A stretch of 29,652 bases of DNA from a bacterium (GCA_046485285.1 JAWOHE010000063.1:1-29652), one strand, 5' to 3'. Counted from the first letter of the stretch, positions 1 through 9,387 are shown. The notes: generated by a model not told the origin, from the letters alone. Numbers and translations: made by a program.

Positions 1-514
1 GGCGGCGCGTGTTGAGCTCCGGCCGCTCCGGGTCCCGACCCACGCGAACGTGCGCAATCACCGAGTCCGTCGCACAGTCAATCACCGCAACCTCGTTCTC
101 GCTGGCACAGGCGACGTAGATGCGGTTGCCCACCGAGTCCCAGAACGGCTGCGACGCCCCGTCAAGCGGGATCCTGCCGTACTCCCACAGCCCCGTGCCG
201 TGCGCAACCCAGACCGTGTCGTCCTCCCCGTTGCCGTAAGCACAGTAGACACGATTGCTGACCAGGTTGACCGCCAGCCCACAAAGAATCCTGGAGACGT
301 ATCTTGAGGTACCTTCGTTGTGGCCTTCGCACCGGATAGTGAAGACGAAGCTCTCGTGGGTACCAACCAAGTACCCCTGCGGCCGGTTGTAGACGAGCCC
401 GGTCACCTCGCGGCCGGACCACACTGAATCCACGATGTACTGCCCGTACCCGGTCGCCGCCAGCGCGAGCAGGAGCACGAGGACCGCGGGACGGAAGCGC
501 CAGCAGGTGGTCAT
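1..514 (-). CDS. Secreted YVTN/YncE-like beta-propeller protein, 3' part runs off the window (absent from ORF track)
   Basis: Manual translation from ATG 514: MTTCWRFRPAVLVLLLALAATGYG (signal peptide) ... NLVSNRVYCAY ... WDSVGNRIYVACASENEVAVIDCATDSVIAHVRVGRDP, typical YVTN repeats; frame open to the window edge. Confidence 0.85.
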   Translation of the reverse strand, partial: MTTCWRFRPAVLVLLLALAATGYGQYIVDSVWSGREVTGLVYNRPQGYLVGTHESFVFTIRCEGHNEGTSRYVSRILCGLAVNLVSNRVYCAYGNGEDDTVWVAHGTGLWEYGRIPLDGASQPFWDSVGNRIYVACASENEVAVIDCATDSVIAHVRVGRDPERPELNTRR

Positions 515-615
515 CGGTCTACCCGGTGAGCCGGGCCCGAGCCGCGGCCCCGGGACTGCGGGGACGGGCAGGGACAAGGCGTGGGCTCCGGACGGCTTCT
601 TCTGTCGGTGCGCAC
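511..615 (-). CDS. Putative 34-aa upstream ORF coupled to the YVTN gene
   Basis: AAAGGAGG followed by GTG at 615; its TGA (513-511) overlaps the YVTN ATG (ATGA). Confidence 0.4.
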   Translation of the reverse strand: MRTDRRSRPEPTPCPCPSPQSRGRGSGPAHRVDR

Positions 616-733
616 AGGTCCTCCTTTGCACCGCGGTCTTCTGCCGACTCCGGCACCGATGGGCACCCGTCGTGCCGGCTGAAACAATCCGCACTCTCGC
701 GGCGGTGCCGGCGTCATCCCCGCGGACAAGCCG

Positions 734-761
734 AGCTTACTGCGGTCTCGCGGTCCGTCAA
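734..761 (-). promoter_or_regulatory. Sigma70-type promoter for the YVTN gene
   Basis: TTGACG-N16-TAAGCT. Confidence 0.6.
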
Positions 762-946
762 GCCGAGATCGCACACCTTGGGGATGCACTGTGACAGTGT
801 CATTGGGTGCCCTCGCCCGTCATGTTCAATATTGGGCGAGGCGAAGACAGCACTTCGTGTTTCGCACTCGGCCGGGACCAGCCAACCCGGGGCCATCGCC
901 AACACCGCCGGCGTCGGTTGCCGGCCGACAGGTCGCCGCCCGGACC

Positions 947-974
947 TTGCCAGTCCTGCGATTCGGGTTACAAT
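947..974 (+). promoter_or_regulatory. Sigma70-type promoter of alaS, likely leaderless
   Basis: TTGCCA-N16-TACAAT, then 7 nt to GTG 982; no SD. Confidence 0.7.
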
Positions 975-981
975 AGCCGCT

Positions 982-3582
982 GTGAACCACCGTGAACTGC
1001 GGCGGACGTTCCTCGAGTTCTTCGCCGAGCGCGGGCACAAGATCGTGCCGAGCTCGGCGCTGATTCCGCGCGACGACCCGAGCCTGCTCTTCACCAGCGC
1101 CGGGATGGTGCAGTTCAAGCCGTACTGGGCAGGCGCGGTCGAGCCGCCGTACCGGCGGGCCTGCTCGATCCAGAAGTGCCTGCGGGCGTCGGACCTGGAC
1201 CAGGTCGGGCACACGTCGCGCCACCACACGTTCTTCGAGATGATGGGGAATTTCTCGTTCGGGGACTACTTCAAGGCCGAGGCGATTCCCTGGGCGTGGG
1301 AGTACGTCACCGCGGTCGTGAAGCTGGACCCGGCCAGGCTCTGGGCCTCGATATTCGAGGAGGACGATGAGGCGTTCGAGATCTGGGTGAGGAAGGTCGG
1401 CCTGTCCGAGGCGCGGGTGGTGCGGCTGGGCGCGAAGGACAATTTCTGGGGACCGGCGGGCGCGACCGGGGCCTGCGGGCCGTGCTCGGAAATCTACTAC
1501 GATTTCGGGCCGGGGCAGGGCTGCGGCAGGCCGGACTGCCGGCCGGGCTGTGACTGCGACCGGTTCATCGAGTTCTACAACAACGTCTTCCCGCAGTTCA
1601 ACCAGCTTCCCGACGGGACGCGCGAGCCGCTGAAGAACCGGGGCATCGACACCGGCATGGGGCTGGAGCGGCTGGCGATGATCTCGCAGGGCAAGCGGAC
1701 GGTGTTCGAGACCGACCTGTTCGCGCCGGTCATCCGTGAGTCGGCGCTGATACTCGGGGTCGAGGTGAGCGACGAAAACCGGGTGATGTTCAACGTCTGC
1801 GCGGACCACGCCCGGGCGCTGGTCTTCGCGATCGCCGACGGCGTCATCCCGTCAAACGAGGCGCGGGGCTATGTCCTGCGCGGCATCCTGCGCCGGGCGT
1901 TGGTGTTCGCGCACCGGGCGGGCGTGCGGGAGCCGTTCCTGTACCGGGTGGCGGGCGCGGTCGCCGAGCACATGAAGCAGTGGTACCCGGAGCTGGCGGC
2001 GAAGCGGGAGCAGGCGGCGCTGATCATCAAGTCCGAGGAGGACCGGTTCCTGCGGACGCTCGAGGACGGGCTCGAGCGCTGGGAGAGCGTGCTCGGCCGA
2101 TGCCGGGCGGACGGGTTTGTCCCGGGCATCGAGCTGTTCCGGCTCCACGACACCTACGGGTTCCACATCGAGCTGGTCAAGGAGCTGGCGGCGGCGGCCG
2201 GGGTCGAGCTCGACCTGGCCGGGTTCGAGTCGGCGATGCTCGAGCAGCGGGAGCGGAGCAAGAGCCGGAGCGCGATCGACACCGCGGGCGCGGGGGCGCT
2301 GGACGAGGCGCTTTCGACCGGCGAGCAGTGGCACGAGACAGTGGAGGTCACCGACGCCGAGCTCGACCGGTTCGAGCCGCTGAAGGACGGCGAGTACGAA
2401 CTGCACCTGGCGAAGACGCCGTTCTACCCGGAGGCGGGCGGGCAGGTCGGCGACACCGGCGAGATCGAAGGCTCGGGGTTCAAGCTGGCGGTCGTGGCGA
2501 GCTACCGCAAGCAGGGCGTGCCGGTGGTGCGGGCGAAGCTGGTCGCGGGCGAGGTCGCGGCCGGGACAGTGACCGCGCGGGTGGATTTCGAGCGGCGGCG
2601 GGAGATCGAGCGGGCGCACACCGCGACCCATCTCCTGCACGCGGCCCTGCGCCGGGTCGTCGGCGATTACGTCAAGCAGGAGGGCTCACTGGTCGAGCCG
2701 GGCCGGCTGAGGTTCGACTTCGCGGCGTTCGAGCCGCTGACGATGGAGCAGGTGCAGGCGGTCGAGCGGATGGTCTACGAGCAGGTGCTGGCCGACAAGG
2801 CGATCGTGCGCCGGACCGAGGTGCCGCTCGAGGACGCGAAGAAGCTCGGGGCGCTGGCGTTCTTCGGCGAGCAGTACGGCGAGCGGGTGACGGTGGTCGG
2901 CGTGCCCGGGTTCTCGATGGAGCTGTGCGGCGGCACGCACCTCGCGCGCACCGGCCAGATCGGGCATTTCCGGATAACCTCGGAGACCGGTGTCGCGGCC
3001 GGCATCCGGCGGATCGAGGCGCTGGTCGGCCGGGCCGCGCAGCAGCAGGCCGGGAAGGACCGGATGACCCTGGACCTCCTGCGGGAGAAGCTCGGCGCGG
3101 GCGAGGACTCGCTCGTGCGCCGGGTCGAAGGACTGACCGAGGAGCTGAAGCGGCTGGAGGCGCGGGTGCGGAGCCTGTCGAGCCAGCTCGCGCACAACGC
3201 GGCCGACGAGCTCGCGGACCGGGCCGAGGAGCTGGGCGGGGTCCGGGTCGCCGTCGGCTGGCTGCCCCAGCTCGACGTCGACGGCCTGCGGCTGGTCGCG
3301 GACCGGGTCCGCGAGCGGCTCGGCGGCCGGCACGCCGGGTTCCTCGCCGGCGGGCTCGCGGGCTCGCGGCTGTCGTACGTCGTCTTCGTCAGCGACGACC
3401 TGAGGCAGGTCCTGCCCGCGGGCAGGCTGGCGAAGGTGGTCGGCGCAGCGCTGGGCGGGGGCGGGGGCGGCAGGCCGGACTTCGCCTCGGGCGGCGGTGA
3501 GGCGGACCGGCTCGAGGCGGGCAGGGAGGCGTTCCGGGCGGCGGTGAGAGCGGCAGAGGGCGCGGGCAACGTAAGCAGCTAG
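982..3582 (+). CDS. alaS: Alanine--tRNA ligase
   Basis: ELRRTFLEFF..GH, DPSLLFTSAGMVQFK, HHTFFEMMGNFSFGDYFK, IDTGMGLERL, editing motifs HTATHLLH and ELCGGTH, C-terminal GGGGGRPDFA; start moved from 526 to GTG 982 (866 aa). Confidence 0.98.
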   Translation: MNHRELRRTFLEFFAERGHKIVPSSALIPRDDPSLLFTSAGMVQFKPYWAGAVEPPYRRACSIQKCLRASDLDQVGHTSRHHTFFEMMGNFSFGDYFKAEAIPWAWEYVTAVVKLDPARLWASIFEEDDEAFEIWVRKVGLSEARVVRLGAKDNFWGPAGATGACGPCSEIYYDFGPGQGCGRPDCRPGCDCDRFIEFYNNVFPQFNQLPDGTREPLKNRGIDTGMGLERLAMISQGKRTVFETDLFAPVIRESALILGVEVSDENRVMFNVCADHARALVFAIADGVIPSNEARGYVLRGILRRALVFAHRAGVREPFLYRVAGAVAEHMKQWYPELAAKREQAALIIKSEEDRFLRTLEDGLERWESVLGRCRADGFVPGIELFRLHDTYGFHIELVKELAAAAGVELDLAGFESAMLEQRERSKSRSAIDTAGAGALDEALSTGEQWHETVEVTDAELDRFEPLKDGEYELHLAKTPFYPEAGGQVGDTGEIEGSGFKLAVVASYRKQGVPVVRAKLVAGEVAAGTVTARVDFERRREIERAHTATHLLHAALRRVVGDYVKQEGSLVEPGRLRFDFAAFEPLTMEQVQAVERMVYEQVLADKAIVRRTEVPLEDAKKLGALAFFGEQYGERVTVVGVPGFSMELCGGTHLARTGQIGHFRITSETGVAAGIRRIEALVGRAAQQQAGKDRMTLDLLREKLGAGEDSLVRRVEGLTEELKRLEARVRSLSSQLAHNAADELADRAEELGGVRVAVGWLPQLDVDGLRLVADRVRERLGGRHAGFLAGGLAGSRLSYVVFVSDDLRQVLPAGRLAKVVGAALGGGGGGRPDFASGGGEADRLEAGREAFRAAVRAAEGAGNVSS

Positions 3583-3683
3583 AAGTCAGGAATCAGAAGA
3601 ACCGGGTGAGAAGCCGAACGTCCAAAGGTCAGGGCTGCGCCGGGATTCACCTGCGTCCTTCAGTCACCGTCGCTGCCCGGGCG

Positions 3684-4778
3684 CTAGTTGCCTGAGTCGG
3701 GCGCCAGCCCGGCTCGCCGCATTTCCATCAGGACGGTCCGGAGCGCGGCCGTGTCGGCCGGCGCCGTATCGGCCGGGGGCGCGGGGCGCGGTTCGAAGAG
3801 GTAGCCGGGCGCGGGGAAGCGCTCGTCGGTGATGAAGGCGACCGCCTCGACCGTGTCGTCGTCGGCGAGGAAGCGGCGGACCTGGCGGCGCATCTCCGGG
3901 TAGGCGGGCAGGTAGCAGGAGAGCACGGTCGAGTAGCGGTTGAGGTGGACGTCCATCCCGGAACCGGCGAGCACCGCGGTCCGGGTCCGGCTGGGCTCGA
4001 AGCCGACCCGCTTGAGCGCGAGCGCGAGCCCGCGGAGTTCGGCCGGGGTGAGGTCGGTGTCCTCGCCGACGATGTCGAGCAGGCGGTCGGCAAGCAGGCC
4101 GCCGGCCCGGGTGTCGGCGAGCCACCACGTCCGGGCGAGGACCGCCGCGACGATGCGAACGTTGTTCCTGCTCCGGTCGATGTCGTCGGCGGGCAGGCCG
4201 TCGCGGCGGCGGGCAAGCTGGAGCGCGCGCTCGCGGTCGGCGAGCGGGACGCCGTCGAGCCGGAGGCCGGCGAGGAACGGGCGGAGGAGGCTGAGCGCCA
4301 TCCGGAAGGTGTCGAAGTCGAAGGCGATGTGGCGGTCGATGGTTATGCCGAGCAGGCGCTCGAGGGTGCGGCGGAGCAGGGCCTGGCCGCCGATGGCGTG
4401 GACGTGGGTGAGCTTCTCCATGTTCTCGAAGTCGAGTTCGTCCGCGGCCCGGGTGATGCCGGGAACCTCGACGAGCAGGTCGCGCGGTATGCCGTAGAGC
4501 GCGACCCGGCCGAGGTCGAGGTTGGCGCGGGCGATGATGACGACATCCGAGTGCGAGCGCTTCTCGCGCGGGTTGCGCTGGCGGCCTTCGCGGACGACCG
4601 GGCCGAGCGCCCGGGCGTCGCGGCCGATGATGAGGATGTTGATGCTGCCGGTCGGGGCAGGCTCGCCCGCGGCCCCGGCCGGGCGCCGGCGGTCGGGCAG
4701 GAGCAGGATGGAGATGATTGCGAGCGCGGCGGCGGGGACGATGAGCAGCCACCAGCGGGCGCGGCGGGGTCGGGCCAT
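3684..4778 (-). CDS. LytR-CpsA-Psr (LCP) family protein
   Basis: N-terminal TM segment; INILIIGRD, SDVVII, IPRDLLVEVPG, LERLLGITIDRH motifs. Confidence 0.88.
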   Translation of the reverse strand: MARPRRARWWLLIVPAAALAIISILLLPDRRRPAGAAGEPAPTGSINILIIGRDARALGPVVREGRQRNPREKRSHSDVVIIARANLDLGRVALYGIPRDLLVEVPGITRAADELDFENMEKLTHVHAIGGQALLRRTLERLLGITIDRHIAFDFDTFRMALSLLRPFLAGLRLDGVPLADRERALQLARRRDGLPADDIDRSRNNVRIVAAVLARTWWLADTRAGGLLADRLLDIVGEDTDLTPAELRGLALALKRVGFEPSRTRTAVLAGSGMDVHLNRYSTVLSCYLPAYPEMRRQVRRFLADDDTVEAVAFITDERFPAPGYLFEPRPAPPADTAPADTAALRTVLMEMRRAGLAPDSGN

Positions 4779-4781
4779 CGG

Positions 4782-6056
4782 CTACTCGACGACGTTGAGG
4801 ATGATCGGCCAGCCCTCGAACCCGAACCGGCGCAGGCCGTTGATGACCGACTTGCGGTAGGCCGGGTCGACCGCGGCCGGGTCCGAGGCGCGGAGCCGGA
4901 ACCGGGGTGGCCGGGTCCCGGTCTGGCTGAGCCCGGTCAGCCGGCAGTCGCGGCGGGGCGGCCGGGCGGCGAGCCGGTCGAGCAGGCCGGCGCGCAGCAG
5001 TGCCGAGGAGACCTGCCGACCGCCGGCCTCGTAGACCCGGCCGGCGGCGCTGACCGCGTCGCCGATGCCCTTGCCGAGCAGGCAGGAGGTGTAGACGACC
5101 GGCGCCCAGCCGATGAAGGCGAGCTCGCGGGCGACGTAGTCGCGGACCTTGTCCTCGAGCCCGCGCGTCACGAGGTCGGTCTTGTTGGCGACGACGACGA
5201 GGCCGCGGTTGCGGTCGACGACGAGGTTGGCGATCTTCTTGTCCTGGGCGGCCGGGCCCTCGGTGACGTCGAGAACGAGCAGGGTGATGTCGCAGCGCTC
5301 GATGACGTCGACCGCCCGGGTGACCGAGAAGTACTCGACCGACTCGGTAACCCGGGCCTTGCGCCGGATGCCGGCGGTATCGAGGATGCGGTAGTGGCGA
5401 CCCTCGAACTCGAAGCCGGCCTCGATGACGTCGCGGGTCGTGCCCGGGACCGGCGTGACCAGCGCGCGCTCGCTGCCGACGAGCGCGTTGAGGAACGAGG
5501 ACTTGCCGACGTTGGGCCGGCCGAGGACAGCGAGCGAGACCGCCTTGCGGCGAAGCGCGGGCTTGTCCTCGGGGAGGCGGGCGACGACCGCGTCGAGCAG
5601 GTCGCCGATTCCGAGTCCGTGTTCGGCCGAGATCTCGAAGAGCCCGGCGGCGCCGAGGCGGTGGAATTCGGCGGCGTCGAACTGGCGCGGGGCGTCAAGC
5701 TTGTTGACCGCGAGCAGGAACTCGAGGCCGCGGCGGCGGAGCCGGTCGCCAACCTCCTCGTCGAGCGCGGTCAGGCCGGCGCGGCCGTCGACGACCATCA
5801 CGACGACGTCGGCTTCGGCGAGGGCGATGCCGACCTGGCGGTTGATGCCCCGGCCGATTTCGTCCTCGGCGGCGTAGTCGAGGCCGCCGGTGTCGATGAC
5901 CTCGAACCGGCGGCCGGTCCACTCGGCGTCGCGGATGATGCGGTCGCGGGTGATGCCGGGCTCGCGCATCGTGATTGCGACCCGGCCGCCGACGAGCCGG
6001 TTGAAGAGCGTCGACTTGCCGGTGTTGGGCCGGCCGACGAGCACGACGGTAGCCAT
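4782..6056 (-). CDS. der: Ribosome biogenesis GTPase Der (EngA)
   Basis: Two GTPase domains (GRPNTGKS..DTGG..NKLD; GRPNVGKS..DTAG..NKTD) plus C-terminal KH-like domain; start ATG 6056 (MATVVLVGRPN). Confidence 0.97.
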   Translation of the reverse strand: MATVVLVGRPNTGKSTLFNRLVGGRVAITMREPGITRDRIIRDAEWTGRRFEVIDTGGLDYAAEDEIGRGINRQVGIALAEADVVVMVVDGRAGLTALDEEVGDRLRRRGLEFLLAVNKLDAPRQFDAAEFHRLGAAGLFEISAEHGLGIGDLLDAVVARLPEDKPALRRKAVSLAVLGRPNVGKSSFLNALVGSERALVTPVPGTTRDVIEAGFEFEGRHYRILDTAGIRRKARVTESVEYFSVTRAVDVIERCDITLLVLDVTEGPAAQDKKIANLVVDRNRGLVVVANKTDLVTRGLEDKVRDYVARELAFIGWAPVVYTSCLLGKGIGDAVSAAGRVYEAGGRQVSSALLRAGLLDRLAARPPRRDCRLTGLSQTGTRPPRFRLRASDPAAVDPAYRKSVINGLRRFGFEGWPIILNVVE

Positions 6057-6063
6057 ATCCCTG

Positions 6064-6091
6064 AGGTTATTGGCCGGCGCGGCAGTGTCAA
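6064..6091 (-). promoter_or_regulatory. der promoter, likely leaderless
   Basis: TTGACA-N16-TAACCT, then 7 nt to ATG 6056. Confidence 0.75.
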
Positions 6092-6112
6092 CGCCGGCCG
6101 CGCGGCGGGCGT

Positions 6113-6140
6113 TTGACAGCCGCGGGCGCCGGGGTAACAT
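6113..6140 (+). promoter_or_regulatory. ftcD operon promoter, divergent from the der promoter
   Basis: TTGACA-N16-TAACAT; leader carries AAAGGAG SD before ATG 6194. Confidence 0.75.
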
Positions 6141-6193
6141 AACTTCCTGCACCGGCGCGAAGCAGATTCACTTGGCTGAAAGGAGTTCCCGCG

Positions 6194-7714
6194 ATGCGCA
6201 GACTGGTTGAATGCATTCCCAACTTCAGTGAAGGCCGGCGGCCCGAGGTGATCGACAGCATCGTCGGCGCCATCAAGGCGGTCCAGGGCGTGACGATGCT
6301 GGACAGCGAAATGGACGCGGACCACAACCGCGCGGTGGTGAGCTTCGTCGGCGACCCGGAGGCCGCGCTCGAGGCGGCGTTCCGGGGAGTCAGGCGGGCA
6401 AGCGAGCTGATCGACCTGACCAAGCACGAGGGCGAGCACCCGCGGATGGGCGCGACCGACGTCGTGCCGTTCGTGCCGATCTCCGGGGTAAAGGAGGAGG
6501 AGTGTATCGAGCTTGCCAAGCGGCTGGCGAAGCGCATCGCCGATGAGCTCGCGATCCCGGCCTACCTGTACGAGCTGGCGGCGACCCGGCCGGACCGGCG
6601 CGACCTCGCGGTCATCCGGCAGGGCGAGTTCGAGGGCCTGCGCACGGCAATCCGGAACGACCCCGACCGCGCGCCGGACTTCGGCCGGCCGGAGCTGCAC
6701 CCGACCGCGGGCGCGACGGTGGTCGGCGTCCGGGCGCCGCTGGTGGCGTTCAACGTCTACCTCGCGACGAAGGACCTGGCGGTTGCCCAGCGGGTCGCCA
6801 AGGCGGTGCGCTCGCGCAGCGGCGGCTACGCCTACTGCAAGGCGCTCGGGTTCGAGATCAAGGAGCGCGGCTGCGTCCAGGTCTCGATGAATATGACCGA
6901 CTACACCCGGACCCCGCTTTACCGGGTGCTCGAGACGGTTCGGAGCGAGGCGGCGCGGTACGGCGTGAGCGTCATCGAGAGCGAGGTCGTCGGGCTGGTC
7001 CCGCAGGGCGCGCTGACCGCCTGCGCCCGGTTCTACATGCAGCTCAACAACTTCAAGCGCGACCAGATCCTCGAGAATCGGCTCGCCGCGACGAGCGGCA
7101 CCGGGCTGGCCGATTTCCTCAACGAGCTCGCGTCGTCGAGCCCGACGCCGGGCGGCGGCTCGACCGCGGCGCTGAACGGCGCGCTCGGCGCGGCGCTGCT
7201 GACAATGGTCGCCAAGCTGACGGTCGGCAGGAAGGGCCACGAGGAGTTCTCCGAGGCGATGGCCGCGGCGCGCGATCGGTTCGTCACGGTGCGCGAGCAG
7301 TTCCAGGTCCTGATCGAGGAGGACGCCGAGGCGTTCAAGGCCGTGATGGCCGCCTACAAGCTGCCGAAGCAGAGCGAGGCGGAGCGACAGAAGCGGGCCG
7401 GGGCGATCTCGGCCGCGCTCAAGCTCGCGGCGGCGACACCGTTCCGGACGATGGAACTGGCCTGTGAGACGCTGAGAGCGGCCCGGCCGGTGGTCGAGCA
7501 CGGCAACAAGAACTCGATTTCCGACGCGGGGGTCGCGACGATGAATCTCGACAGCGCGTTCCGGGGCGCGCGGCTGAACGTGCTGATCAACCTGGCGGGC
7601 ATCGATGATGCCGAGTTCACCGCCGGGAAGCGCGAGGCGATGGATGAGATGGCGGCCGAGGTCGAGGCACTGGTCCGCGAGTACCAGGCGACGGTCGCGA
7701 AGCGGATGGGCTAG
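6194..7714 (+). CDS. ftcD: Bifunctional glutamate formimidoyltransferase / formimidoyltetrahydrofolate cyclodeaminase
   Basis: VECIPNFSEGRR, DHNRAVVSF, HPRMGATDVVPFVP; C-terminal cyclodeaminase motifs SPTPGGGS and NKNSISDAGVA. Confidence 0.95.
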   Translation: MRRLVECIPNFSEGRRPEVIDSIVGAIKAVQGVTMLDSEMDADHNRAVVSFVGDPEAALEAAFRGVRRASELIDLTKHEGEHPRMGATDVVPFVPISGVKEEECIELAKRLAKRIADELAIPAYLYELAATRPDRRDLAVIRQGEFEGLRTAIRNDPDRAPDFGRPELHPTAGATVVGVRAPLVAFNVYLATKDLAVAQRVAKAVRSRSGGYAYCKALGFEIKERGCVQVSMNMTDYTRTPLYRVLETVRSEAARYGVSVIESEVVGLVPQGALTACARFYMQLNNFKRDQILENRLAATSGTGLADFLNELASSSPTPGGGSTAALNGALGAALLTMVAKLTVGRKGHEEFSEAMAAARDRFVTVREQFQVLIEEDAEAFKAVMAAYKLPKQSEAERQKRAGAISAALKLAAATPFRTMELACETLRAARPVVEHGNKNSISDAGVATMNLDSAFRGARLNVLINLAGIDDAEFTAGKREAMDEMAAEVEALVREYQATVAKRMG

Positions 7715-7764
7715 CGCGGTGATGCGGAAGCCCGGGCGCCGGGTCGCGGCCGCCGGCCGGGCCC

Positions 7765-8658
7765 GTGGCTAGGCAGTCCCCGCCGCGGCCGGGCGACCCG
7801 CGCCTGCCGCGCGCCGAGCGGCTGGTCGACCTCCACTGCCACACCTGTTTCTCGGACGGCCTGTTCACCCCGGAGCAACTCATCGAGCGCGCGCGCTGGC
7901 TCGGGCTGGCCGCGGTCGGGGTAACCGACCACGACACGGTGGCCGGGCTCGAGCGGGCGCTCGCGTCGGGCAGGAAGGCGGGCGTCGAGGTCGTGCCCGG
8001 GGTCGAGATGAGCTGCATCGCGGACGGGGTCGACGTCCACATGCTTGGCTACTTCCTCGACTTCGCCGACCCGGAGGTGACCGGGCTGTTCGACAAGCTC
8101 TTCGCGGCACGCGAGGAACGCGCCCGGAGAATGGTCGAGAAGCTCCAGGCCAGCGGGCTGGCGGTGAGCTGGGAGGCGGTCGCGAAGGCGGCCGGGGGCG
8201 CGGCGGTCGGCCGGCCCCACGTCGCGCAGGCGATGGTCGAAGCGAAGGTTGTCGCGAGCAACGAGGAGGCGTTCCAGCGCTGGATCGGGTTCGACGCGCC
8301 GGCCTACGTCGCCAAGTACCGGTTGAGCCCGGAGGAGGCGGTCGGGTTCATCAAGGGCCACCGGGGCATAGCGGTGGTCGCGCACCCGGGCATCTACCGT
8401 CGGGAGGCGGCGCTGTACTCGACGATCGCGGCCGGGGTGGACGGGCTCGAGGCCTGGCACCCGGACCACTCGCCCGGGGACACCGACCGGATTGTCGAGC
8501 TGGCGCGGAAGAATCGCCTGCTCCTGACCGGAGGCGGAGACTGTCACGGCGGGCGGAAGAAGGGCAAGATCTACCTCGGCGAGGTGGCCGTTCCCTACAG
8601 GTACCTCGCCGCGCTCAAACGGCTGAGCCGCCAGCGCAGGGCGGTTGACCTCGGGTAG
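7765..8658 (+). CDS. PHP-domain phosphoesterase (TrpH/YciV-like)
   Basis: DLHCHTCFSDG, TDHDT, GVEMS, VHMLGY, GRPHVA, AHPG, GGDCHG; start uncertain. Confidence 0.9.
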   Translation: MARQSPPRPGDPRLPRAERLVDLHCHTCFSDGLFTPEQLIERARWLGLAAVGVTDHDTVAGLERALASGRKAGVEVVPGVEMSCIADGVDVHMLGYFLDFADPEVTGLFDKLFAAREERARRMVEKLQASGLAVSWEAVAKAAGGAAVGRPHVAQAMVEAKVVASNEEAFQRWIGFDAPAYVAKYRLSPEEAVGFIKGHRGIAVVAHPGIYRREAALYSTIAAGVDGLEAWHPDHSPGDTDRIVELARKNRLLLTGGGDCHGGRKKGKIYLGEVAVPYRYLAALKRLSRQRRAVDLG

Positions 8659-8664
8659 GCGCCG

Positions 8665-9387
8665 ATGCAGGCAATGAGGGTCGCAGGGAGAGCGCGGGCC
8701 GGGACCCGGGGGGCTCTTCGCGGGTCGCCTCCCGCAGGCGGCGTCCGGTTGTGTTCGGCGGTGATCCTGCTTGTTGTTGCCGGCATCGCGCTCGGCGGTG
8801 GGGAGTGGCAGATTGCCCGGCTGAAATACGGCGGCGGCGGGGACTGGTACAACGACCCGGACGCGATACCGAACCTCGCCCGGGAGGTCAATCGCCGGGC
8901 CGCGGTCCGGCTGGCCGAGGAGGAGGCGCAGGTCAGCCTGCTCGACGAGAAGCTCTACAACTACCCGTTCCTGTTCATGACCGGCCACGGCAACGTCAGT
9001 TTCTCGGACGAGGAGATACTGCGCCTACGCGGATTTCTCGAGGCGGGCGGGTTTCTCTACGCGGACGACGACTACGGGATGGACGAGTCGTTCCGGCGCG
9101 AGATGGCACGGGTTCTGCCGCAGAGCGCGATGGTCGAACTGCCGGCCGACCACCCGATCTTCCACTCGTTCTACCGGTTCCCCGACGGCTTGCCCAAGAT
9201 CCACGAGCACGAGGAGGGGCCGCCGCGGGCGTTCGGGATGTACCTCGGCGGCGTCCTTGCGGTGCTCTACACTTTCAACAGCAACATCTCCGACGGCTGG
9301 TCGGACGTCCACGACAACCCGCCCGAAGTGCGCGAGCAGGCGTACCGGATTGGCGTGAACATCGTCGTCTACTTCAGCCTGAACTAG
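8665..9387 (+). CDS. DUF4159-domain protein
   Basis: IARLKYGGGGDWYNDP, YPFLFMTGHG, GGFLYADDDYGMD, GLPKIHEH; true start may be TTG 8749 or GTG 8761, before the signal peptide. Confidence 0.85.
   Translation: MQAMRVAGRARAGTRGALRGSPPAGGVRLCSAVILLVVAGIALGGGEWQIARLKYGGGGDWYNDPDAIPNLAREVNRRAAVRLAEEEAQVSLLDEKLYNYPFLFMTGHGNVSFSDEEILRLRGFLEAGGFLYADDDYGMDESFRREMARVLPQSAMVELPADHPIFHSFYRFPDGLPKIHEHEEGPPRAFGMYLGGVLAVLYTFNSNISDGWSDVHDNPPEVREQAYRIGVNIVVYFSLN

Noticed and set aside
526-981. 152-aa N-terminal extension of AlaS in the ORF track
   Set aside because: Low-complexity, spans two divergent promoters; recognisable AlaS sequence starts at GTG 982. The same applies to track extensions of Der (6152), RbfA (21627), PdaD (23848) and the large protein (29074)
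3575-3640. Purine-rich, loosely 7-nt periodic stretch after alaS
   Set aside because: Too degenerate to define a repeat unit; no clear terminator
3945-6116. 723-aa plus-strand ORF
   Set aside because: Antisense shadow of der and the LCP gene caused by GC codon bias; no motifs
8645-8680. TTGACC before the DUF4159 gene as a promoter
   Set aside because: No acceptable -10 box at 16-18 bp; gene is probably co-transcribed with ftcD and PHP
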